64,000 nt of DNA from a virus (taxonomy: Duplodnaviria > Caudoviricetes). Both the position numbers and the translations under genes were made by a program. Shown here in pieces: positions 30,054 through 39,234 of this stretch (the stretch's first letter is position 1; every line of letters begins with the position of its first letter). The notes below the pieces were generated by a model. The model worked only from the letters and a program-made list of their open reading frames with translations, was not told where the DNA came from and searched no databases. The stretch covers positions 64,001-128,000 of IMG/VR virus record IMGVR_UViG_3300020414_000008; one strand, 5' to 3'.

Positions 30054-30386
30054 ATGGAAGAACAGGAAAATGTATTAGGTGAAAAGTCTAAGGTACAATT
30101 AGACATTAAAGCATTGATAGGGATGGTATTAGGTATCATCTCTATCGCAGGTGTTTGGTTTAGTTTAACAGCAGAGATTTCTCAATTACAATTAGATGTA
30201 ATTAGAATGCAAGATGATGTTGAATTAAATCACGAGTTCAGAGTAAAGTGGCCACGAGGTGAGATGGGTGCATTACCTGATGACGCAAAACAAGACCTTA
30301 GAATCGAATACTTACAAAAAGAAGTAGACGAACTAAGAAAAACAGTAAAAGAATTAGAAATCGAGAATGCTAAAATGGGTAAATGA
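30054..30386 (+). CDS. Single-TM coiled-coil protein
   Basis: Paralog of 27965 (LD.K.....WF.L..[DE]I). Confidence 0.65.
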   Translation: MEEQENVLGEKSKVQLDIKALIGMVLGIISIAGVWFSLTAEISQLQLDVIRMQDDVELNHEFRVKWPRGEMGALPDDAKQDLRIEYLQKEVDELRKTVKELEIENAKMGK

Positions 30387-30553
30387 TGAGAAAGAAAATG
30401 ATAGCATTATCGTTAAGTTCAATACTAATGTTTGGTTGTGGTGTGACTAAACCAATGTCACCCGTAACAGAACAAGAACATCATGAAAATGTATTAAATG
30501 GTGTTTTATTTGGATTGATAACTTACGCGATATTTAGTAGTATAAAATTATGA
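30383..30553 (+). CDS. 56-aa lipoprotein with C-terminal TM helix, absent from the ORF track
   Basis: MMRKKMIALSLSSILMFGC...VLNGVLFGLITYAIFSSIKL; ATGA overlaps at both ends. Confidence 0.6.
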   Translation: MMRKKMIALSLSSILMFGCGVTKPMSPVTEQEHHENVLNGVLFGLITYAIFSSIKL

Positions 30554-30930
30554 TAAAATTAAAAGAAATATTGAACGAAGGAAAGAAATCACTAAATGAG
30601 ATGGTACACTTTTATGGAAAAGCAAAAGTTGTACTTCAATCAAATGCAAAAGATGCCAAATTACCATCTCAACAAGTTGAGTTTAGATTTAATTATTCAA
30701 AACCTGATTTCTTAGGTAAAGGTCCAACTTTAACCTGTATTCCTGCAAGTTCAAAAGATTTAGATAAGATTGATACTTTAGGTAGTATATCAAAAGATGA
30801 TATTTGTAAACAATTAGCAGAGTTCGCATCGAAGAAAACAAAACAAACATTTGTTCCCATTGAATACAGACATCTTGACCAATATGCAATTGCGCTAGAT
30901 ATAGAACCTATTTTAAAGAAAATCAAATAA
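30550..30930 (+). CDS. Hypothetical protein with MIKLKEILNE leader (head-internal candidate)
   Basis: ILNE/SLNE motifs resembling prohead protease sites. Confidence 0.6.
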   Translation: MIKLKEILNEGKKSLNEMVHFYGKAKVVLQSNAKDAKLPSQQVEFRFNYSKPDFLGKGPTLTCIPASSKDLDKIDTLGSISKDDICKQLAEFASKKTKQTFVPIEYRHLDQYAIALDIEPILKKIK

Positions 30931-30953
30931 TCAATAAAAAGGAAAGAGGAGAT

Positions 30954-31316
30954 ATGTTTAAGGATAAAGAGTTAAGAGGATATATAGGAGCAGCCACAGT
31001 ATTCATACTTGTGATGGGACTTTTATTGTTTTTAGCATTTTTTGAGATACCTGAAACTAATAACGATATATTCAAAGTAATTGTCGGTATGTTAGTTGGT
31101 TCATTATCAGTTGTTATCTACACTTTTATAGGTAAGAATCCTGAAGAGGTAGAAGCGTTAAAAGCGAAGAATGAAGCGTTGGAAGACAAAGTATCTGCAA
31201 TGGTTGTCGAAAAAGACAAGTTAGAGAAACTATTGAGAGACATTCAAACTGAAGTTATAGATAAGTTATCTATTACAGGTGAGAAGTTTAAGTTTCAAAA
31301 CACAACTAAAAAATAA
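30954..31316 (+). CDS. Two-TM protein with coiled-coil tail
   Basis: Two hydrophobic helices then heptads; AGGAG RBS. Confidence 0.65.
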   Translation: MFKDKELRGYIGAATVFILVMGLLLFLAFFEIPETNNDIFKVIVGMLVGSLSVVIYTFIGKNPEEVEALKAKNEALEDKVSAMVVEKDKLEKLLRDIQTEVIDKLSITGEKFKFQNTTKK

Positions 31317-31319
31317 AAA

Positions 31320-32402
31320 ATGAGTGACAGAGTAGCAAGAAAAAAAGGACAACATAGAGGGTCATCCTCTCATTCAGATTTGTATACGGATGAAAATCCA
31401 AAAGGTACAATTCATGGATTAAAGTTTGCTACTCAAAAAGACGCAGCGGCCTCTGTAAATAAAATAAGGTCAAGTGGTAAAAGTCACGCACATAAAATAC
31501 AAGCTGCTATCGCAATGGAACAAAGAGCGAAAGCAGCTGGTAAAGTGTCAGCAGCAGGTGAATATAGAAAATTCATAAATATGATGAAAAAGAAGACTAA
31601 AAAAATGAACGAGAACATAGTATTACCTATAAAGGTTGGGGATACGATTTTGACAGGTAGGTTCAAAAACAAAAGAACTACCGTTAAATCAATCGGTAAG
31701 GACGATTATGGTATGCCAACAATCAATGGTAGGAAAGTAGTCAACTTTAGAATCGTAAAAGAATCTGTAGAAGTAGAGTTCCCTGAAGATATGCCACAAG
31801 ATGAATCAATAAATGAACAAAGACCAATACCTATGGACACTCCAAATGAGTTCGTATACATGGATTTCAAAAAATGGGTGTACAAGAACAGGAAAAAGGT
31901 CAAGAACATGATGTTGAAACAAAAAGGTGATTCGACTAAAATGTTTTTAATATTATCAGCGTTGTGGTATAAATGGGCAACAAAAAGTGCACCAAACTTT
32001 ACTTCTATAAAAGATAAAAAGAAATTTGGTAGAGCGTTAATGGTTTTGATGGTAGATGACAATTTGATATTTGACAAAGACACATACAAGAAAACTAATA
32101 GAATCACTCAAGTCAAAGAAATCAACTATGACAATCTTGGAAACAAATGTCCAGGCCCTGTAACATTAGATGGTAGATGTTTACATGGTAGAAATACTTA
32201 CCAAAAAGAAGGTGAAGAGATAAACGAGATTGGTATCTTCAAAATCAGTCAGTTTACAAAAGGAATCATTCCACAGGGAAGATTAGATACACATACACCT
32301 CAAAAGAAAAAAGAAGCAATAAAACTTATCAAGAACTTCCATAGTATGTTAAATGCGTTTTGGAGAGAAAACGACATTCCTTTTAGAGCAAGATTAAAAT
32401 AA
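31320..32402 (+). CDS. Modular basic protein (possible processed virion-internal polyprotein)
   Basis: Modules separated by MNE, VKE, INE motifs. Confidence 0.6.
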   Translation: MSDRVARKKGQHRGSSSHSDLYTDENPKGTIHGLKFATQKDAAASVNKIRSSGKSHAHKIQAAIAMEQRAKAAGKVSAAGEYRKFINMMKKKTKKMNENIVLPIKVGDTILTGRFKNKRTTVKSIGKDDYGMPTINGRKVVNFRIVKESVEVEFPEDMPQDESINEQRPIPMDTPNEFVYMDFKKWVYKNRKKVKNMMLKQKGDSTKMFLILSALWYKWATKSAPNFTSIKDKKKFGRALMVLMVDDNLIFDKDTYKKTNRITQVKEINYDNLGNKCPGPVTLDGRCLHGRNTYQKEGEEINEIGIFKISQFTKGIIPQGRLDTHTPQKKKEAIKLIKNFHSMLNAFWRENDIPFRARLK

Positions 32403-32403
32403 A

Positions 32404-32435
32404 TTTGGAATTCTCATAAATTTTTTGTATATTTA
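32404..32435 (+). promoter_or_regulatory. Promoter TTTG-N20-TATATTTA
   Basis: Recurrent geometry. Confidence 0.65.
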
Positions 32436-32451
32436 TACTAAAGGATAAATT

Positions 32452-33021
32452 ATGGGTAGAATATTAAGAGTTTTTGATTTCGATGATACACTTGCAAAAA
32501 GTGTAGCATATATCTATGTAAAAGGTAAAGACGGAAAAGAAATAACTTTGTCACCTGCACAATATGCAAAATATAAACCCAAAAGAGGTGATGAGTTTGA
32601 TTTCAGAGATTTTAACAGTATGTTGAACAAACCGAGAGTAATTAAGAAAAACTTCAAATTACTTCAACAGATGTTAAAGAACCCCAATAAAAAAGTTACG
32701 ATACTTACTGCAAGAGCATTAGGATTCCCAATCAGAAAGTTTTTTAAAGATGAATATGGATTAGATGTATATCCTGTCACATTAGCAAGTAACAATCCAA
32801 AAGATAAAGCAGATTGGATTGAAAAACATATTGCAAAAGGTTACACTGATATCGCATTTATGGATGACTCACTTAAAAATGTAAGAGCAGTACAACAGTT
32901 ACAGAGAAAATATCCTGACGTAAGAATCAAGTCTGTACTTGCTGTTGAACATTTATCACCGAGTCAAAGAAAGAATTTGATAGAAAATCATATAGAAGAG
33001 TTGTCTAAGACATATTTATAG
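32452..33021 (+). CDS. HAD-superfamily protein
   Basis: VFDFDDTL, ILTAR, FMDDS.KN. Confidence 0.8.
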   Translation: MGRILRVFDFDDTLAKSVAYIYVKGKDGKEITLSPAQYAKYKPKRGDEFDFRDFNSMLNKPRVIKKNFKLLQQMLKNPNKKVTILTARALGFPIRKFFKDEYGLDVYPVTLASNNPKDKADWIEKHIAKGYTDIAFMDDSLKNVRAVQQLQRKYPDVRIKSVLAVEHLSPSQRKNLIENHIEELSKTYL

Positions 33022-33037
33022 AGAAATAGGATATACA

Positions 33038-33421
33038 ATGGCAGCTACAAACAAAGACATTTTAGAGAACATTCTACAAGAATTGTCGTCTATGAAAACT
33101 AAACTCCCAAATGGCGAGTTAAAAAGAATGGAGACAACGATTATAGAGATGAAGGAAAATTACACAGACATCAAAGAAGATTTATCTGATATTAAATACA
33201 CATTACTAAATCCTGAGAATGGTGTAATAGTCAGAGTAAATAAAAACACTGAAGTAAGAGAAGAAATGGAAGAAGTTCCTGACAGAGTTTTAGAGTTAGA
33301 AAACGAGTTAGAAAAACTTCAAGAATGGAAATCAACTGTCTCGAGAGCACTTTGGGTACTATTTAGTGGACTAATTGGTCTTTTAGGGTGGATTTTTTCC
33401 GAAGCAATAGGTAAAATTTAG
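33038..33421 (+). CDS. Coiled-coil protein with C-terminal TM anchor
   Basis: Heptads then ALWVLFSGLIGLLGWIF. Confidence 0.65.
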   Translation: MAATNKDILENILQELSSMKTKLPNGELKRMETTIIEMKENYTDIKEDLSDIKYTLLNPENGVIVRVNKNTEVREEMEEVPDRVLELENELEKLQEWKSTVSRALWVLFSGLIGLLGWIFSEAIGKI

Positions 33422-33447
33422 TTTTATTAACTTTCCAAATTATATTT

Positions 33448-33657
33448 ATGGATAACTATGTAGACAAAGCGATAGATGAGGTTTACGACATACTGTTGTA
33501 CAACCCAACTTATATTGACAAGTCTACTAAAAAAAGAGTATTAAAGAAGATGATGGACCACTATCTCGAAGTAGAAGAATACGAGAAGTGTAAGCATGTT
33601 CAAGAACTCATGGATATGTTGGAGAGAACAAATGAAAATAGTAGTAAAAAGTCTTGA
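33448..33657 (+). CDS. Small protein with UVR-like EEYEKC motif
   Basis: YLEVEEYEKCKHVQEL. Confidence 0.55.
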   Translation: MDNYVDKAIDEVYDILLYNPTYIDKSTKKRVLKKMMDHYLEVEEYEKCKHVQELMDMLERTNENSSKKS

Positions 33658-33832
33658 TAATTTATTATCGAGTACTAAAGAATTAGGTAACAAAATTTTA
33701 TATGTAGTAACAGATGAGCCAGGTGGGACCAAAGTAGCAGCAGAGATTTGTCACGAAGTCGAGGTTCCAATTTACATCACAAAGTTTAAAAACAAGTACG
33801 ATATAGAAGAAGTAATTTATTACGATTTATGA
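33632..33832 (+). CDS. Hypothetical protein
   Basis: Coupled ORF. Confidence 0.5.
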   Translation: MKIVVKSLDNLLSSTKELGNKILYVVTDEPGGTKVAAEICHEVEVPIYITKFKNKYDIEEVIYYDL

Positions 33833-34080
33833 CATACGGGGAAAGAAAAAAAACCTTATATTTATTAAATGATAACGTGAATAGTTTTATGGATGTCATA
33901 AATGTTTTGAAAAAATATATGTCATATCCAACTACTCAGGGTCAGTCAATAGCAAATATAGTTCATACAACAGGTCGTTGTAATATATTTACAGGTGATG
34001 AATTAATCGTTGACCATTATTATGAACTATTTATTAAAAACGGATTTAATGTGGAAGTAGATTACTATGAAGAAGACTAA
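33829..34080 (+). CDS. clpS: ClpS-like Clp protease adaptor
   Basis: LLNDNVNSF..VI.VL...A.IVHTTG.C. Confidence 0.75.
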   Translation: MTYGERKKTLYLLNDNVNSFMDVINVLKKYMSYPTTQGQSIANIVHTTGRCNIFTGDELIVDHYYELFIKNGFNVEVDYYEED

Positions 34081-34249
34081 CATACCATCAAAAGGTTTAG
34101 GTGACACCATAGCTAAAATCACATCAGCAACTAAATTAGATAGGTTGGCTGAGAAAATCGCAGAAGTCGCAGGAGCAGATGATTGCGGATGTGACAAAAG
34201 ACGTGAAAAATTAAATAGGATGTTTCCGTACAACGGAGTTAAAAAATGA
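34067..34249 (+). CDS. Small phage protein (GLGDTI...CGC..RREKLN)
   Basis: Motif pattern; coupled ORF. Confidence 0.65.
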   Translation: MKKTNIPSKGLGDTIAKITSATKLDRLAEKIAEVAGADDCGCDKRREKLNRMFPYNGVKK

Positions 34250-35160
34250 GTTGGAATATAAAAGATTTCATATTAGAAGTAATTAACGAAGAACAACTTG
34301 ACGAAAAGTTAATGGTTTACAATAACAGAAAACCATACGGTCAGGTAGTATTCTTAGCAGGTGGAGCAGGTTCAGGTAAAGGATTCGCATCAAATCACTT
34401 TTTAGATAAAGAAATGTTCAAGGTTCGTGATGTCGATAAAATGAAAAAACAATTACAGATTCTAAATAGAATGGGTAAAATCGATATAGATGGAATCATA
34501 AAGAAGTTTGGTAAAAACATACCAGCAAAAGAAATAGAAAATATTAGAAGTATTCAATCACAAGGATTTCAATTAAGAAACTTACAACTGAAACAACCTA
34601 ACCACGTTAGAGCATTACATCAGTTAGTAAAAGCAATGGGTATCAAAGATAGTTCATTAGAAAAACTATTTGTAGGTAAAGATAATCCTGAGACACTTCC
34701 TAATATTATGTTTGATATTACAGCAAAAGATGTTTCAGATATTACGAAGGTAGTTCCTATGTTAAAGAAGGCAGGATACCAATCTAAAAATGTTCACTTA
34801 ACGTGGATTCTTACTAACTTCGTAACTGCAATGGAAAACAACAAACAAAGAGAGAGAATGGTACCTGAGGATATTTTATTAAAAACTCACGAAGGTGCAG
34901 CAAACACTGTTTGGGGATTGATAACAAAAGCAATGCCAAAGGGTGTAAACGGTAGAGTAGACGTAATTCTAAACAATCCAAAACATACAGTCAAATATAA
35001 AGACAAAGACGGAAACGAGGTTGAAGGAATTGCAAAAGGATTTTTATCTCTACCCGTGAAGAAAGAAGGTGGGAGTATATTACCTGAGAAAGTTTGGAAG
35101 GAAAAACTTTTCAATTGGGTGAAAAATAACGCTCCTGATAGTATAACAAAGTATATGTAA
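34246..35160 (+). CDS. P-loop kinase (zeta-toxin/AAA_33-like)
   Basis: FLAGGAGSGKG, DVD, FDIT, N..RERMVP. Confidence 0.75.
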   Translation: MSWNIKDFILEVINEEQLDEKLMVYNNRKPYGQVVFLAGGAGSGKGFASNHFLDKEMFKVRDVDKMKKQLQILNRMGKIDIDGIIKKFGKNIPAKEIENIRSIQSQGFQLRNLQLKQPNHVRALHQLVKAMGIKDSSLEKLFVGKDNPETLPNIMFDITAKDVSDITKVVPMLKKAGYQSKNVHLTWILTNFVTAMENNKQRERMVPEDILLKTHEGAANTVWGLITKAMPKGVNGRVDVILNNPKHTVKYKDKDGNEVEGIAKGFLSLPVKKEGGSILPEKVWKEKLFNWVKNNAPDSITKYM

Positions 35161-35167
35161 AACGTAA

Positions 35168-35314
35168 ATGAGCAACATTAAAAATCAAGACAACGGAAAT
35201 ACACAACTAAATCAAGTCCGTAACGATTTCAACGACAGAGTAGCAGGTAAAAAGTTCTTAGGAGCGACTCCAAGAGTACATTGGAATCAATCGAGAAGAT
35301 TTAGAACGATTTAG
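35168..35314 (+). CDS. 48-aa hypothetical protein, absent from the ORF track
   Basis: MSNIKNQDNGNTQLN...RRFRTI fills the gap between genes. Confidence 0.5.
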   Translation: MSNIKNQDNGNTQLNQVRNDFNDRVAGKKFLGATPRVHWNQSRRFRTI

Positions 35315-35329
35315 ATTTAGAAAGTAGTT

Positions 35330-35914
35330 ATGAGAGTAAACGCATTTATCATAGATGAGTTCTATAGTAATGTCGATGAAGTAAGACAGTTTGCATTAGA
35401 ACAAGATTTCAGTGTACGAGGAAACTATCCAGGCCCTCGAACCAAATCATTTTTAAACGATTCAGTAAAACAAGTAATTAATGATGTTATCTCACCAAGA
35501 TGGGGTAATGTTATATTTTGGGGTGACGAAGAATATACAGGTTCGTACCAATTTACAACATCAAGAGATAGAAGTTGGATTCACTGTGACCAAACAACAA
35601 GATGGGCAGGTGTTTGTTTTTTAACACCAAATGCACCACTCAGTTCGGGAACAGGTATTTTTAAACACAAACCTACAGGATTAATAGAATGTCCTCGATT
35701 AGAAAATGGTGAAACAGACCGTGAGTTATTAGATAAAATATATAAAGATTCACAAGATTATACAAAATGGGAACTTGTAGATAAATTTGCGAATATATAT
35801 AATAGACTGATAATTTATAGAGGTGATTTCTTTCATCAATCATTAGATTATTTTGGTCAAGATAAATATGATGGAAGGTTGTTCCAAACATTCTTTTTTA
35901 ATACGGAGAAATAA
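35330..35914 (+). CDS. DUF6445-like / 2OG-Fe(II) oxygenase fold
   Basis: GNYPGPRT, WIHCD, NRLIIY, RLFQTFF. Confidence 0.75.
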   Translation: MRVNAFIIDEFYSNVDEVRQFALEQDFSVRGNYPGPRTKSFLNDSVKQVINDVISPRWGNVIFWGDEEYTGSYQFTTSRDRSWIHCDQTTRWAGVCFLTPNAPLSSGTGIFKHKPTGLIECPRLENGETDRELLDKIYKDSQDYTKWELVDKFANIYNRLIIYRGDFFHQSLDYFGQDKYDGRLFQTFFFNTEK

Positions 35915-36447
35915 TGGATAGAATAGTTCAAGAGGTTTTATTTACAGATAGTGAATGTCAAAGTCTAATAGATGGTGTAACTGAATGGAATTCAGCAACG
36001 TTAGTCCAAAAAGGACAGGGTACTGAAATCAACTACGGATACTCAGATGATTCACATAGAAAAGCATCTGAAGGTAAGTATGAACTTTCTGATTCATTAA
36101 AGACGATGTTACTAAATAAAATAGGAAAGTGGAACATTCAAGGTCTACTAAGTACAGCAAGAATCAATAAGTACGAAACAGGTAACTATTTTAAAAAACA
36201 CGTTGATAAAACCAAAAGACTATACTCAGATAGATTAAAGACTCTAATTATTAATCTTTCAAACCCAAGTGATTTTGAGGGTGGGGGATTAACACTGTAT
36301 CACGGGACTGAACAAACTGTTATGAATACAACAAGAGGAAACGTCATAATATTTGATTCAGATATAAAACACGAGGCACATACCGTAACATCGGGTGTAC
36401 GATATACATTTACAACTTGGTTAACTTCTCATCACATTACTCTATGA
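35914..36447 (+). CDS. 2OG-Fe(II) oxygenase (prolyl-hydroxylase-like)
   Basis: HVD, FEGGGL, HEA..VTSGVRY. Confidence 0.88.
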   Translation: MDRIVQEVLFTDSECQSLIDGVTEWNSATLVQKGQGTEINYGYSDDSHRKASEGKYELSDSLKTMLLNKIGKWNIQGLLSTARINKYETGNYFKKHVDKTKRLYSDRLKTLIINLSNPSDFEGGGLTLYHGTEQTVMNTTRGNVIIFDSDIKHEAHTVTSGVRYTFTTWLTSHHITL

Positions 36448-37091
36448 TAGACCCACTCAAAAGAGGTGCAAATATAAGTCACAAATATAAATTCGTTTGG
36501 ACCGCACCTGCTAAAGTAGCATCAAGGTCGGTAAAAGATGTTTTTAGAAAGTATTGTAATTTGAATCCTGATTGGCCCTCTGATGAACATACATCTGATT
36601 TTACTCATGTAAACAATTGGCCTGAATTAGCAGGTAAAGATTATATGCATATTGCAAGTATTAGACATCCATATTATAGGTGGTTAAGTTATTGGAAGTA
36701 TGGATATGGTGGTGAACTTCACGAAATGATAGACCCAAAAAATGGACCAATTGAATGTTTACAAAATATGTCACAGGATTGGATAAATGGTTGGGGACTT
36801 TGGAATCTAATAAATAATACATCAAAACAAATAGATTTTCTAATTAGAGCGGAAAATCTTGAAGTATCTTTAAAAAAACTTTGGTTTATCCCTGAAGATG
36901 TTGTGGTACCAACTGTTGGTAAAACTTATACACCACCGATTCCATTCGATGAAGAACACCTCAGACAAGTATGTTATGATAGATTTCTTGATGACTACAT
37001 AAACTTTGGATACATGAAAGATGAAAAACATTATCAGTGGGAACCACCCAATGAGATATCAAATCCACAATTTAAACACAGAAAAATTTAA
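36444..37091 (+). CDS. Sulfotransferase-2-like protein
   Basis: PAKVASRS (5'-PSB-like), IRHPY.R.LSYW (3'-PB-like), D...FGY. Confidence 0.7.
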   Translation: MIDPLKRGANISHKYKFVWTAPAKVASRSVKDVFRKYCNLNPDWPSDEHTSDFTHVNNWPELAGKDYMHIASIRHPYYRWLSYWKYGYGGELHEMIDPKNGPIECLQNMSQDWINGWGLWNLINNTSKQIDFLIRAENLEVSLKKLWFIPEDVVVPTVGKTYTPPIPFDEEHLRQVCYDRFLDDYINFGYMKDEKHYQWEPPNEISNPQFKHRKI

Positions 37092-37143
37092 CATAAATTT
37101 AACATTAAAAATTTGGAATTGTCACAAATTATGACGATATTAG
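37087..37143 (+). promoter_or_regulatory. Promoter with tandem TTTAACA repeats
   Basis: TTTAACA at 37087 and 37098, TTTG at 37112, GATATTAG at 37136. Confidence 0.75.
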
Positions 37144-37162
37144 TAGTGTAAGATTAAGAGAT

Positions 37163-37549
37163 ATGAAAAAATCAAAAGTTCAAGAAATAATTAACGAGGT
37201 TCTTCCAAAGATAGAGAACCATTATGGATTCTCAAAGTTCCAAGAGTGTACTCCTTATGTTGAGTTACACAAAAACATTTACGAAAAGTATAGTGGTGAA
37301 GAAGGTTCTGATGGTGAGGAGAGTGGATGTCACGCTGAGTATTGTAGTGATATGAATGAGATTACTGTTTACTATCCTAATATGAAAAGTAAGAAGATGG
37401 TTATTCAGACTTTGATTCACGAATACATTCACTACTTACAATCACCGATTTGGTTCAAAAGATATTACAATATGGGTCACGATTATGTATCTCACCCATA
37501 TGAAAAAGAAGCAATAAGTTACGAAAAAGATTACATAAAGTTTATATAG
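37163..37549 (+). CDS. Zincin-like metallopeptidase
   Basis: TLIHEYIHYLQ...PYEKEA. Confidence 0.75.
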   Translation: MKKSKVQEIINEVLPKIENHYGFSKFQECTPYVELHKNIYEKYSGEEGSDGEESGCHAEYCSDMNEITVYYPNMKSKKMVIQTLIHEYIHYLQSPIWFKRYYNMGHDYVSHPYEKEAISYEKDYIKFI

Positions 37550-37917
37550 TGACAGACTTTCAAAAGGTTTCTAAGTACGTCAAGGACGATTTAGGAATAG
37601 ATGTTAAAATGGGTCAGATAACCGCGTTTATGGGACATAAGAACAAAACTATCTTTATTCACCATAATCATAATCTGAAAAAGAACGGTCTTTATACGTT
37701 ACTACACGAAGTTGGACATGCTTATCAAAATAAATATGAAAACTATTTTAAAGAAATTGATGAGGATAAATCCCCAAAAAAGTTTAATATGTACAAATTC
37801 ATAAATGAGGTGAATGCGTGGGACAAAGGATTGGATATTGCAAATAAACTTGGAATAAAAGTGGACGCTAACGAATATAATAAGGTTAAAGAAGAGTCTT
37901 TGTTAACATATTTTTAA
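37549..37917 (+). CDS. Zincin-like metallopeptidase (HEVGH)
   Basis: LLHEVGH...NEVNAW. Confidence 0.7.
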   Translation: MTDFQKVSKYVKDDLGIDVKMGQITAFMGHKNKTIFIHHNHNLKKNGLYTLLHEVGHAYQNKYENYFKEIDEDKSPKKFNMYKFINEVNAWDKGLDIANKLGIKVDANEYNKVKEESLLTYF

Positions 37918-37980
37918 CAAAAATTTAACAATTATTTAACATTAAAAATTTGGAATTGTCAAGAATATTCACGATATTAG
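37902..37980 (+). promoter_or_regulatory. Promoter with four 11-bp-period TTAACA repeats
   Basis: Repeats at 37902, 37913, 37924, 37935; TTTG at 37949; GATATTAG at 37973. Confidence 0.78.
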
Positions 37981-38020
37981 TAGTGTAAGAATGAGTAATA
38001 AGAGTTTAAAAATAAAAAAT

Positions 38021-38602
38021 ATGAGTAAAAAAATCAAATTAACAATCCAAGGTGTAAACTACGAGTTACCAAAATCAGCAGTGGTATTCAAGGGTTCTTC
38101 TCAGTGGGAAGATGAAACATACATCCAAATGAGAGCAAAGTATTGTTCTTCAATAATCAAACAATATGTTAAGAAAAACTTTCCCTTATTGAATGTATGG
38201 GCAACTTCTTCAGTATACAGTGGTGGTTCTTCTTGTGACATCTACGTTTCTAACCAAGATGGTTCATCAGTAGATAAAGATATTTACGAACAAATAGAGA
38301 ACTTCTCTCAACTGTTCAAAGGTGGTAGTTTCAATGGTATGGAAGATATCTATGAATACAGAACTGACGACCCAACTACTGATAACGGTACTCCAATGAA
38401 GTACTTCCCTTCTTATGTATTTGTAAACAATAAACCAAAGTGGGGTACAGTTGAGTATTGGATGAATGAGTGGAACGAATTGAAAGACCATTACAAAAAC
38501 AAAACAGAGTTCCTACTTAAAAATAAAACTTATATGACCGATAAAGAATACAAAAATATATGTAACGTTTTAAATCCATTAGGTCATCTAAACGGTAAGT
38601 AA
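38021..38602 (+). CDS. LPD29-like (large polyvalent protein domain) early protein
   Basis: K.FP......S..YSGGSS..I, FNGMEDIYEY, YVFVN. Confidence 0.6.
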   Translation: MSKKIKLTIQGVNYELPKSAVVFKGSSQWEDETYIQMRAKYCSSIIKQYVKKNFPLLNVWATSSVYSGGSSCDIYVSNQDGSSVDKDIYEQIENFSQLFKGGSFNGMEDIYEYRTDDPTTDNGTPMKYFPSYVFVNNKPKWGTVEYWMNEWNELKDHYKNKTEFLLKNKTYMTDKEYKNICNVLNPLGHLNGK

Positions 38603-38623
38603 AAGAAACGCAAGTCTTTTCCT

Positions 38624-38677
38624 AAGGTGGTTAGACTTAAGGGACAAAAACCTGTGAAACAAACCACCTTTTTTTTT
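38624..38677 (+). terminator. Intrinsic terminator-like hairpin with large loop
   Basis: AAGGTGGTT / AACCACCTT stem followed by a T-run. Confidence 0.6.
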
Positions 38678-38691
38678 AAAAATTGAATATT

Positions 38692-38892
38692 ATGAAAAAT
38701 TATCAAATTGTATTAACATCATTAGTTTCCTTCTTTATTTCGTACACCGTGTTATTCGGAATAGCACAAAAGTACATTCACTTTCAGAGTGAGTTAAATG
38801 AGATAGGAGTTTTTAGTATTTCATCTACGATGGGGTTTGTTGCCTTGTTTGGGTTAGATTGGAAAGGTTTGTATAATTGGTTAAAAAATTAA
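38692..38892 (+). CDS. Two-TM small membrane protein
   Basis: Hydrophobic segments. Confidence 0.55.
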   Translation: MKNYQIVLTSLVSFFISYTVLFGIAQKYIHFQSELNEIGVFSISSTMGFVALFGLDWKGLYNWLKN

Positions 38893-38896
38893 AATT

Positions 38897-39022
38897 ATGT
38901 ATGTATCAGAATGTTGTGGGTCATCCCCATGGTTAGGAGACATCGACTACGGTAGGTGTTCAGATTGTAAAGAATGTTGTGAATTCTATAATGAAGATGA
39001 AAATGAAGAAATGGCAGTATAG
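38897..39022 (+). CDS. 41-aa Cys-rich peptide (SECCG...CSDCKECC), absent from the ORF track
   Basis: A-rich leader, Zn-finger-like Cys pattern. Confidence 0.55.
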   Translation: MYVSECCGSSPWLGDIDYGRCSDCKECCEFYNEDENEEMAV

Positions 39023-39191
39023 AGAAATGGGTAGTCGTAATAAGAAGACAGGTAAGTTGTCTTATTACAATGTAACTGTTGTAGATTACCACATATCAGA
39101 TTGTGAGTGTATGGCACGACAGTTCCGACCTTATTCACCGTGTAAACATATGAAAAGACTACACGAAAAATTAGGTCACCTATCAATTTGA
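39003..39191 (+). CDS. SWIM zinc-finger protein
   Basis: CEC.........CKH. Confidence 0.7.
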   Translation: MKKWQYREMGSRNKKTGKLSYYNVTVVDYHISDCECMARQFRPYSPCKHMKRLHEKLGHLSI

Positions 39192-39234
39192 TTAAATTTA
39201 AAATCATATTTATATAAAATAAAGAAAGTTATAT

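Noticed and set aside
37902-37941. Tandem TTAACA repeats as CRISPR or iteron array
   Set aside because: 7-bp units with 4-bp spacers fixed to a promoter; no CRISPR-size repeats or spacers seen anywhere in the window.
38603-38677. Hammerhead-like ribozyme in the large-loop hairpin containing GAAAC
   Set aside because: The CUGAnGA core is missing; treated as a terminator.
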